Shown piece by piece: positions 56,629 to 64,000 of a stretch of DNA of 64,000 bases. The first letter of the stretch is position 1. Each line of letters opens with the position of its first letter. The notes under the pieces were generated by a model that saw only the letters and a list, made by a program, of their open reading frames with translations, had not been told where the DNA came from and did not search any database. The DNA lies in NCBI GenBank assembly GCA_965197645.1, contig OZ240219.1, positions 256,001 to 320,000 on the forward strand, read 5' to 3'. The position numbers were made by a program, and so were the translations under genes. Source of the stretch: Dehalococcoidia bacterium (GTDB taxonomy: Bacteria; Chloroflexota; Dehalococcoidia; Plut-88900).

Positions 56629-57417
56629 ATGTCGGAAGATCAGGACCACAAGAGAATCTTGATAGTGGACGACGAATGGGACTCGTCCATCGTTAAGGCG
56701 GTACGGCGGCGGATGGAGGACGAAGGATGGGAGACCGTTGCCGTTACGCCGGATGACTCATGGACATCGGCAGACGGGTTCGAGGATGCCGCTCTGTACG
56801 CCATCGAGCAGCACAGCCCCGATGGTACGTTGCTGGACGTACGATTCGGAGAGCACCGGGACGATAGGTTCAAAGGGCTGGGGATCCTCCGAAAGATCAT
56901 CGAGCGTCATCCCAGGCTGCCGGTGTTGATGTTCACCCAGTACGCCTCAGGGCCGGAGCGGGAGACGGCGATGCGCGGCACCCTGAAGTGGGACGCCCTG
57001 GTGGACTTCATCGATAAGCTGGCCAGCCCGGAGGAGACGGTGCTCCGGCTGCGGCGGCTAATGGGTGGTGCCCAGGAGACGATCTCCATCGGAGAGCGCA
57101 TCAGTCTGGATACAAGGACGAAGACCGTGTATTCGAAGAAGGGGGAGGCGTCCCTGCCCGTCGACGATATCCGGGGGATGAGATACGAGATCCTGCGCGA
57201 GCTGGCCGAGACTTGGTACCGGAGTCCAGGGGAACTGGTGCCCTTCAGCAAGCTGGAACGGTACTCCGAGGGCGAGGACGCCCGGGCCTCGCTGCGGGTC
57301 AGGATCAGAGAGATCAAGGCCTCTCTGAGCAAGGCCCTAGGATGGCGGCTGGGGGCAACCGACCTGATAATCAACGTGCGAGACCAGGGCTACCGTCTGG
57401 TCCCCCCTGCAAAGTGA
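56629..57417 (+). CDS. Response regulator with winged-helix output domain
   Basis: ILIVDDE, LLDVRF (phospho-Asp), MFT, IDK; C-terminal LRVRIREIK...INVRDQGYRL. Confidence 0.85.
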   Translation: MSEDQDHKRILIVDDEWDSSIVKAVRRRMEDEGWETVAVTPDDSWTSADGFEDAALYAIEQHSPDGTLLDVRFGEHRDDRFKGLGILRKIIERHPRLPVLMFTQYASGPERETAMRGTLKWDALVDFIDKLASPEETVLRLRRLMGGAQETISIGERISLDTRTKTVYSKKGEASLPVDDIRGMRYEILRELAETWYRSPGELVPFSKLERYSEGEDARASLRVRIREIKASLSKALGWRLGATDLIINVRDQGYRLVPPAK

Positions 57418-58379
57418 GAGCCGTCTCAAAGCTGACGGCCGTCAGAGTGGCCGGGGCGCTGGCGGCCATCGGTGGGGCCATCCTTCTCGTCCTTTCGCCC
57501 TTCATTGGCGATTCCGTCTTTTCCAAGCTATGGGCGGTCGAGCCGCTGGCTTACATCGGGGCCGTCCTAGTAGCCGCAGGCATGCTGGCAACTTCCCTCG
57601 CCTACGTTGTGCCGGAGATAGTGGCCAGGAAGCGTGGTGTAAGGGTCGATGACCTGGATAGATGGGTCCGTACAACCCAGGACTACTTCGACCTGTTCCA
57701 TCACGACCTCGGCCGGCCTCTACGTAGAATCCTGGGCAAGGAGCGAGAGCTCAGAGCGCTGCTGGCGTCCAGCTCGGCGGGAGTAAGCTCCGAGGTAAAG
57801 GAGCTTCTCGACGAGATCGAAGGCCAGGCCCCCAACTTCCGGCTGATGATGTCCAACATCCAGGTGCTGGTGCAGTTGGAGATGCCCGGAGCGCCTCGGA
57901 CGCCGGAACCGGTGGAGCCTTCCGAGATAGTGAGAAGGATCGTCGATAGGTATGGGGCCGTAGCCGAGGAGGCCGGTAAATCGATCACGTGGTGGACTGA
58001 GCCTACAGAGTTCGGCATCGTCTATGCGGATAGCTCGGCCATGGAGCACATAGTTACCAATCTCGTAGATAATGCGCTCCGGTTCGCCAGGAGCCAGGTG
58101 GAGGTAAAGCTGACGAGAAACCAGGACCACTTCTTTGTAAGGGTGTGGGACGACGGCGGGGGCATCTCTCCTCAGTACCTTCCTCATATCTTCGATCGGG
58201 GGTGGACTCCCCAGGTAGCGCGGCGGGAAGAGAAAAACAGCTCGGGGATTGGGCTGTTCATTGCCAAGACCCTCGCCGAAGCCAACGGAGGCGCTCTGAC
58301 TGTGGAGAGCAGCTCTGCCCCGGACCCGGAGACCCATACGACCTTCCTTCTCGGCCTTCCGTTGGGAGAAGCGAAGTGA
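57414..58379 (+). CDS. Membrane histidine kinase with two TM helices and almost no sensor loop
   Basis: GTGA overlap with regulator; HHDLGRPL H-box, NLVDNALRF, DDGGGI, SGIGLFIAK. Confidence 0.87.
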   Translation: MRAVSKLTAVRVAGALAAIGGAILLVLSPFIGDSVFSKLWAVEPLAYIGAVLVAAGMLATSLAYVVPEIVARKRGVRVDDLDRWVRTTQDYFDLFHHDLGRPLRRILGKERELRALLASSSAGVSSEVKELLDEIEGQAPNFRLMMSNIQVLVQLEMPGAPRTPEPVEPSEIVRRIVDRYGAVAEEAGKSITWWTEPTEFGIVYADSSAMEHIVTNLVDNALRFARSQVEVKLTRNQDHFFVRVWDDGGGISPQYLPHIFDRGWTPQVARREEKNSSGIGLFIAKTLAEANGGALTVESSSAPDPETHTTFLLGLPLGEAK

Positions 58380-58406
58380 TACTGCCCCCAGACTGGACCA
58401 GATAGT

Positions 58407-59000
58407 TTGAAACCGTACGTAGCATCCGGAAAACGTAGGTGGGTCTCCAGGGGCTTGATCGTCTCGCTGATCATCATCGTTGTACCGCTATGGCTGGCTG
58501 GGTGTGCCACGTCCGTGGAGCGTTCGGGCGGCGCGACGCCGGCATCCATACCGGCAACTCCAACTTCCAGCCCGACTCAGGTCCCGATAACAACCGCGAC
58601 ACCCTCCCCTACGCCGGCTCCGATTGCCACAGCCAGCCCGACGGTTGTTCCAACCCCGGCGCCTACGACCACCTCAACGGCCACGCCGACCCCGGCGCCA
58701 ACTCCGGAGGCCACCCCCACCTCCCTTCCCATCGGCAGCGAGTTGATCGACGACCTGTTCCTGCAGATAACCAACTTCCCCAAGGAGAGTGTGGTTCGCA
58801 CCAACACCGTCGATCTAGCGGGCCGCACCAGTCCCGACGCCCTCGTCAGCGTTAACGGAGTGCTGGTTGACGTGGACGCCGACGGTGCTTTTGCGGCGAC
58901 GGTGACCTTGAACGAAGAACCCAATCTGGTAGAGGTCATCGCCAGCGACTTTCGCGGCAATCAAGTAAGCGCCGTGCTGACCATTATCTACATACCATAA
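58407..59000 (+). CDS. Lipoprotein with Pro/Thr-rich linker and C-terminal Ig-like domain
   Basis: LAGC lipobox, (TP)n stretch, GRTSPDALVSVNG...GAFAATVTLNEEPNLVEVIASD. Confidence 0.8.
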   Translation: MKPYVASGKRRWVSRGLIVSLIIIVVPLWLAGCATSVERSGGATPASIPATPTSSPTQVPITTATPSPTPAPIATASPTVVPTPAPTTTSTATPTPAPTPEATPTSLPIGSELIDDLFLQITNFPKESVVRTNTVDLAGRTSPDALVSVNGVLVDVDADGAFAATVTLNEEPNLVEVIASDFRGNQVSAVLTIIYIP

Positions 59001-59040
59001 TCACAATAATTGGTAACACAGCAGTAATGCTCTTAATGAA

Positions 59041-60894
59041 ATGATCAAGACACCGAGACGAAAAACGCGATTAGTGGAGGTTGGGACAGGGAGAGTGATA
59101 AACCCGGGCCGCCTGATGGCAGCGGCGACGATCGTGCTGCTACTCTCGATGATCACCGCGGGAGGCGCCTTTGCCGCCCCTGTGTTTCAGCTGAGCGAAG
59201 AGCGGGGGGGAGTGTTCGGTACGGTATCCGCCATTCTGGACGACTCCCTGGTGCTGGACGGTGAGAAGATAGTGGCCACCGACAGCAACACCCGCGTGCT
59301 GGTCCCCGGCGCCGAGGAAGCGAGCCTGGAGGATATTTCGATTGGAGACCGGCTGGCCGTCGTTGCGGAGGCGCACGAGGATGGGGGCATAGTAGCCATA
59401 GACATAATGGTGACCCCTCCACAGCCCGTTAACAACGACCACGTGGTAGGGGTGGTAACCAACACGGAAAACGGTGTCATCACCGTCACCGACAACGATG
59501 GCAACTCCGTCGATGTAGAGGTTCCCGATACTGCGGAGATCAAAATAGGGGACTTTCTCACCATAGTTTCCGACAAGGGCAGCGAAACGGAAAATCGCTC
59601 AGCGCGAGCGATAGCCGAGATCGACCATGTGATAAATCGCCTCACTGAGGACATCGAGGCGGCGACGGATAGGGCCACAATGAGGCTGCAAGAGTTGCTG
59701 GAGGACAACGGCGACGGACACCTGACGGCTCTTTCGAAGGTCCTGGAGAAGACTTCTCAGCAAGCCCGAGAGGCCCTGGAAAGGGCTTTTGAGCAGGCCC
59801 AACTCGAGCTCGAGGAGACGCTGGCAGAGCTCGGGGCCAATAGTCCTGGCATAAGAGTGCGGGGATTCGTGAGAGGGTTGGTTATCGAGCAGGCTATAGG
59901 GGTCATTGCCATCGACTCCATCGACGACGGTGTAGTAATACTGAAAATCACCGGCGAAACCGATTTGGCAGAGGGCGTAGAGGAAGGGAGCTTCGTCAAG
60001 GCCAGCTACAATCGGGGCCAACTAGCATCCAGGATTACCCTTGACGACGACTCGGTAGTTTTCAGAGGCGTGATTCAGCGCCTTTCCGACACGGCGTTCC
60101 TGCTCGAGGACATTGAGTTTCAGATAGTCGAAGAGACGGAGATACAGGGCATGCTGGAAGCAGGGGCGTCCGTCCAAGTGAAAGGCGTACATGAAGGTAA
60201 AGAGCTCGTCGCGGTAGCGGTGGAAGTAATGGGAGTGGATGAGGAAGAAGGGGACCCCGACAAGATCGAGTTTCTGGGCGTGGTCACCGTCGTGCTTTCC
60301 GACCAAGAGGTCGAAATAGAGGGTCACGCAGTAGTAATAACTCCGGACACGGAGATAGACGGCAGGCTGGTGGAGGGCGCACTGGTCAAGATTCAGGGCG
60401 AAATCAGCGACGGATCGCTGATCGTTAAAGAGATAAGAATGCTGGAAGTCGGGAGTGACGATGTCAGGTTCAGAGGCGTAGTCACCGGGATCTTGAGCGA
60501 GGGTGACATAGAGGTGGACGGGCGGATTGTCCGGATAACTGAGGACACGGAGATAGAGGGTGATCTGGCACTGGGGGCTCAAGCAAAGATCGAGGGGATC
60601 AGGGACGGTCTGACGGTCATCGCCTCCGCGATAGACGTAAAAGCGCAGGAGGAGTTGGAGAGGGAGGTGGAATTCGCCGGTACGATTACGGAAATCTTCG
60701 ATACGGGCCTGAAGGTCGATGGACTGACGGTGCGGCTGGCGCCTGACTCCAACGTCGCGGAGACCCTTTACCTGGGTGCCAGGGTGCGGGTGGAGGCCGT
60801 GATGACCGAGGATGGTCTCGTGGCGGCGGAAATTGTGATAGAGGAGTTGGAGGGGGACGAGGATGACGCTCCGCTTGATGTCGGAGACGCGTAA
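59041..60894 (+). CDS. Secreted acidic protein with multiple DUF5666-like OB-fold repeats
   Basis: Signal peptide (GGAFA); repeats of F(R/L)GVVT...V(D/E)GxxVxITxDTEIEGxLxxGAxVKI(E/Q)G. Confidence 0.75.
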   Translation: MIKTPRRKTRLVEVGTGRVINPGRLMAAATIVLLLSMITAGGAFAAPVFQLSEERGGVFGTVSAILDDSLVLDGEKIVATDSNTRVLVPGAEEASLEDISIGDRLAVVAEAHEDGGIVAIDIMVTPPQPVNNDHVVGVVTNTENGVITVTDNDGNSVDVEVPDTAEIKIGDFLTIVSDKGSETENRSARAIAEIDHVINRLTEDIEAATDRATMRLQELLEDNGDGHLTALSKVLEKTSQQAREALERAFEQAQLELEETLAELGANSPGIRVRGFVRGLVIEQAIGVIAIDSIDDGVVILKITGETDLAEGVEEGSFVKASYNRGQLASRITLDDDSVVFRGVIQRLSDTAFLLEDIEFQIVEETEIQGMLEAGASVQVKGVHEGKELVAVAVEVMGVDEEEGDPDKIEFLGVVTVVLSDQEVEIEGHAVVITPDTEIDGRLVEGALVKIQGEISDGSLIVKEIRMLEVGSDDVRFRGVVTGILSEGDIEVDGRIVRITEDTEIEGDLALGAQAKIEGIRDGLTVIASAIDVKAQEELEREVEFAGTITEIFDTGLKVDGLTVRLAPDSNVAETLYLGARVRVEAVMTEDGLVAAEIVIEELEGDEDDAPLDVGDA

Positions 60895-61074
60895 GACTCT
60901 ACGTCATCACTTGGATTTCAGCCCGCGTGCTCCAACTGCCCACCTATCGGAGAAGGGGTCCTGCCACGGCTCCACTACTACCGGTAGGAATTCTCTGAAC
61001 TCGTTCAGATAGATGTGAGACAGAGGATGCTCGTCGGTGTTAGACTGAGCCGCAAAATCTCCGGGAGCTTGCTC

Positions 61075-61902
61075 ATGAAGTTCAGCATCATCTATCCCAT
61101 TATGGAGCACTACTGTGACCCGAAGCTGATAGCGCCCGTGGCCAGGGCCGCGGATGGCATCGGCTTCGATTCATTTCTGGTCTGGGACCACTACACCCTG
61201 CCCGACGGCCCCGAAACGTTGGATGCCTGGGATGTTCTGGCCTACGCGGCCGGCGTAACTTCCCATATGCGTCTGGGAACGGTCGTAACGCCCATCCCCT
61301 TCCGGCCTCCCGCCCAGCTGGCCAAGCAGGTCGCTACCGTGGACATCTTGTCCGAGGGCAGGGCGATCCTGGGCGTGGGCGTCGGATGGCACCAGGACGA
61401 GTTCGATGGATACAGCCAGTGGGACCCGCTGGGAGTCCGGGTGAAGAAGACGATGGAAGGGCTGGACCTGATTGTTCGGCTGTGGACGGAGGACAAGGTG
61501 GACTTCGATGGGGAGTACTACCAGGCCAAGGGCGCCGTCCTCGAGCCGAAACCGGTGTCCAAGCCCCACCCGCCCTTGTGGTTCGGGGTGCTGGGACCAA
61601 AGATGCGGAGGCTGACCGCCAGATATGGAGACGCCTGGATCCCCAACCCGACGGGAGGAGACGAGTACCGGCAAATGCTGGAAGAGATGCACCGCCACCA
61701 GGCCGAGATCGGCACTTCGCCGCCGGTGATCGGGGCGATCCAGCACGACTGCTGCAACACCGTAGACGAGTACCTCAGCGTCTTCGAGGAGTACGGCAAG
61801 GCGGGATGCGAGAACTTCGGGCTGATCTGGGCCTATCCCCAGGACGAGATGGTGGACCGGCTCAAATGGTTCGAGCGGGAGGTTATGCCGAAGGTCTCCT
61901 GA
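61075..61902 (+). CDS. LLM-class (possibly F420-dependent) oxidoreductase
   Basis: GFDSFLVWDH, RPPAQLAKQVATVDILSEGRAILGVGVGW, PKPVSKPHPPLWFG. Confidence 0.9.
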   Translation: MKFSIIYPIMEHYCDPKLIAPVARAADGIGFDSFLVWDHYTLPDGPETLDAWDVLAYAAGVTSHMRLGTVVTPIPFRPPAQLAKQVATVDILSEGRAILGVGVGWHQDEFDGYSQWDPLGVRVKKTMEGLDLIVRLWTEDKVDFDGEYYQAKGAVLEPKPVSKPHPPLWFGVLGPKMRRLTARYGDAWIPNPTGGDEYRQMLEEMHRHQAEIGTSPPVIGAIQHDCCNTVDEYLSVFEEYGKAGCENFGLIWAYPQDEMVDRLKWFEREVMPKVS

Positions 61903-61908
61903 TCCGGG

Positions 61909-62463
61909 TCAGGCGCCGAAGGACTGCCGCAGCCGGTAGATGGTCATCTCCGGTTCAATGGGGGCTACGGGAACGGGATCCCCTTCCTCGATCTTGGCTA
62001 CGATGACCCAGGGGCCGTCTTCTCTGAGTGCCCGCTGGAAGGCTTCATCAAACGCCTCCATGTCCCGGACCGTCTCCGTCCTGCTTATGCCGGCGCCCTT
62101 AGCCACCTGCTCCAGGTCGGTATCGAACGCTGTGTGGGTAGGTTGATGGCCCGTCTGGCACCACTCCTCGTTGTCCCATACGACGACGATCAGGTTCCTC
62201 GGTTTCTCACGGGCTATGGTTGCCAGTGCCCCCATGTTCATGAGGAGGGAACCATCGCCATCGAGAGAGACGACCTTCTCATCCGTCGATAGGGCCACTC
62301 CCAGGGCTATCGAAGAGCAGAGGCCCATCGATCCGTAGGTGTAGAGGTTCCTATCCCTGTGCCCCAGCTTCCAAAGCTCGTCGGTGGTAGGACCCAGGTT
62401 GGACACCAGCACCTCGTTGGTGACGTGCCTTAGAAGGAGCTCGGTGGCCGGAATCCTAAGCAA
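61909..62463 (-). CDS. TPP-dependent sulfopyruvate/phosphonopyruvate decarboxylase-like beta subunit (ComE-like)
   Basis: GSMGLCSSIALG, DGDGSLLMN...WDN TPP motif, TGHQPT. Confidence 0.85.
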   Translation of the reverse strand: MLRIPATELLLRHVTNEVLVSNLGPTTDELWKLGHRDRNLYTYGSMGLCSSIALGVALSTDEKVVSLDGDGSLLMNMGALATIAREKPRNLIVVVWDNEEWCQTGHQPTHTAFDTDLEQVAKGAGISRTETVRDMEAFDEAFQRALREDGPWVIVAKIEEGDPVPVAPIEPEMTIYRLRQSFGA

Positions 62464-62962
62464 GCTTGCCCCCGTGAAGCAGAGGGCTCAGGCACAGAGC
62501 CACGGGCTCCCGGCTGCTGTAGCAGAGCTTGAGGGCGCCGGACACCACCTTATCGAGGCGGTCTTCTGTGGTGAGATCGTAGTAGGGGATACCCAGGACA
62601 TCGAGGATCGGGCGGGTCGCCCGGCCCATGGCCACTTGGGCAATGTTGAACTCGCCCACCTCGCCGCGCAGGTTGATGAACATCGGCAACGGGATGCGGC
62701 AGGGGATGCATAGGCTGGAGATGGCGTTGATGGTGTTGCCGAAGCCGCTGGACTGCATGAACACAGCTGCGTTTCGGCCCGCGGCGTAGGCGCCGCCGGC
62801 GATCCCTAAAGCCTCCTCCTCACGGGTGGCGGCTATCACCCGGAAGTAGGGATCTTCCTCCAGCTGCTTCGTGACCTTGTCGATGCTGATGTCCGGTACG
62901 AATGAGACCAGGGAGACCTGGCTCTCCTTCAGTGAGTCCACTATGGTCTCGGCCCAGCCCAT
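62456..62962 (-). CDS. Sulfopyruvate/phosphonopyruvate decarboxylase-like alpha subunit (ComD-like)
   Basis: FVPD, TREEEALGIAGG, MQSSGFGN, RGEVGEFNIAQVAMG. Confidence 0.85.
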   Translation of the reverse strand: MGWAETIVDSLKESQVSLVSFVPDISIDKVTKQLEEDPYFRVIAATREEEALGIAGGAYAAGRNAAVFMQSSGFGNTINAISSLCIPCRIPLPMFINLRGEVGEFNIAQVAMGRATRPILDVLGIPYYDLTTEDRLDKVVSGALKLCYSSREPVALCLSPLLHGGKLA

Positions 62963-62972
62963 CGGATGGTTA

Positions 62973-64000
62973 CTATACCACCGGCCAGCGGTGCTGGGGA
63001 AAGGGTAGGCCCGTCCTGGCCAGCATCTCCTCGCCGACGGCCTGCACCTTCTGGATCAGCTCCCACTCGTCGACATAGGTGGGCTTGTGGTCTTCGATGA
63101 CCACTTTGCCATCGACGATAACGGTGTGAACGCTGCGGCCGTCGGCGTTATAGACCAGGGTGTTGACCGGGTTGAACAGGGTGCGCCATTCAGGCCTGCG
63201 GGTGTCAAAGAGGACTAGGTCCGCCTTCTTGCCCTCCTCGATGGAGCCGACCTGGTCTTCCAGGCCCAGGGCAGCTGCGCCATCGATAGTGGCCATCTCC
63301 AGGGCTTTCTCCGCGGGCATCACGTCGGTGGTCTCCCGTCCATCCTTGTACAGGGTTGCCACCAGGTACATGGATCGCATCGCCTCGACCAGATTGGAGT
63401 TGTTGCCCGAATCGGTGCCTATGCCGACACGAACACCCTTTTCCAGAAGCTCGGGCAGCATGCCATGACGGGTGGTGCCCGAGGCCATCTTCATGGCGGC
63501 CGTCGGACACATGACGACTTTGGCGTCGGTGCGGGCGATGCTGTCGACCTCAGCCTCGTCGAGACCCACGGCGTGGGCCAGCAGAACGTTGGGGCCCAGG
63601 GCGCCGATGTCCTCCATATAGACGGCGGGCCGCTTGCCGTATCTGTCCAGGTGCGCCTGCACCGAGTCCTGGCTATTGGCCATGTGTACGGTAGCCCCGG
63701 TGTCATACTCGTCGGCCAGCTTCCGAGCGGCCACCAGGATTTCCGCCGAGGCCTGGTCCGTCGAGAAGGGCATGGCCCAGGCCCGGACGCGTCCGTCCAA
63801 TCGGTGATCGAACTTACGGATCGCCTCCTCCATCTGTCTGATCGCTTCGTCAGGAGGGATGAGGGGCAGGTTGAGAGCGTTGGGCATGTCGCCAACCCCT
63901 GCCCCGATGATCACCCTGCAGCCCGATTCCTGATAGGCCTGCATGCAGGCGTCTATGTACTTGGTGCTGCCCGGGTCCAGGAAACAGGTGGTGCCGTACT
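62973..64000 (-). CDS. Amidohydrolase (MTA/SAH deaminase / chlorohydrolase family); N-terminus outside window
   Basis: YGTTCFLD, VHMA, LLAHAV, MCPT, GIGTD, EMATIDGAAALG, GSIEEGKKADLV. Confidence 0.88.
   Translation of the reverse strand, partial: YGTTCFLDPGSTKYIDACMQAYQESGCRVIIGAGVGDMPNALNLPLIPPDEAIRQMEEAIRKFDHRLDGRVRAWAMPFSTDQASAEILVAARKLADEYDTGATVHMANSQDSVQAHLDRYGKRPAVYMEDIGALGPNVLLAHAVGLDEAEVDSIARTDAKVVMCPTAAMKMASGTTRHGMLPELLEKGVRVGIGTDSGNNSNLVEAMRSMYLVATLYKDGRETTDVMPAEKALEMATIDGAAALGLEDQVGSIEEGKKADLVLFDTRRPEWRTLFNPVNTLVYNADGRSVHTVIVDGKVVIEDHKPTYVDEWELIQKVQAVGEEMLARTGLPFPQHRWPVV

Noticed and set aside
58540-58730. Low-complexity ACN-CCN repeats as a DNA repeat element
   Set aside because: Encodes the ordinary Pro/Thr linker of a lipoprotein
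1-64000. Genome-wide TGA reassignment (alternative genetic code)
   Set aside because: Many complete genes end at TGA at their expected C-terminus (e.g. 43368, 43789, 57417, 61902) and Trp is encoded by TGG
1-64000. Sec machinery (selA, selB, selD, tRNA-Sec)
   Set aside because: Looked for and not found in this window; the only tRNA seen is Ala(CGC), so Sec decoding is inferred rather than shown

Overview
GC-rich bacterial chromosomal segment. Gene content (four luciferase-like monooxygenases, CaiB CoA-transferase, Ltp2/DUF35 pair, PxpABC, thyX, many Pro/Thr-rich lipoproteins) suggests Chloroflexota of the Dehalococcoidia/SAR202 type; this is an inference. The main signal missed by the ORF track is UGA recoding: four genes carry an in-frame TGA exactly at a catalytic Cys/Sec position, each followed by a candidate SECIS hairpin. 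Two lie in a glycine/sarcosine/betaine reductase cluster (grdE'-grdB-grdC-grdA, 1-3836), whose GrdB has lost both cysteines of the usual UxxCxxC motif. The other two form a compact two-gene operon (27115-28336): an Spx/ArsC-like UxxC protein and a tandem-domain rhodanese with Sec at the active site. The window also holds a glycolate/glyoxylate cluster (HAD phosphatase, glyoxylate aminotransferase, glcDEF, glycerate kinase), pgi/gnd, a Rieske oxygenase, a rhomboid-ankyrin pair, tRNA-Ala(CGC), two AT-richer patches of orphan genes, REP-like repeats, a two-component system and comDE-like genes. No CRISPR array, rRNA, transposase or integrase was seen. All family assignments come from motif recognition, not database searches.
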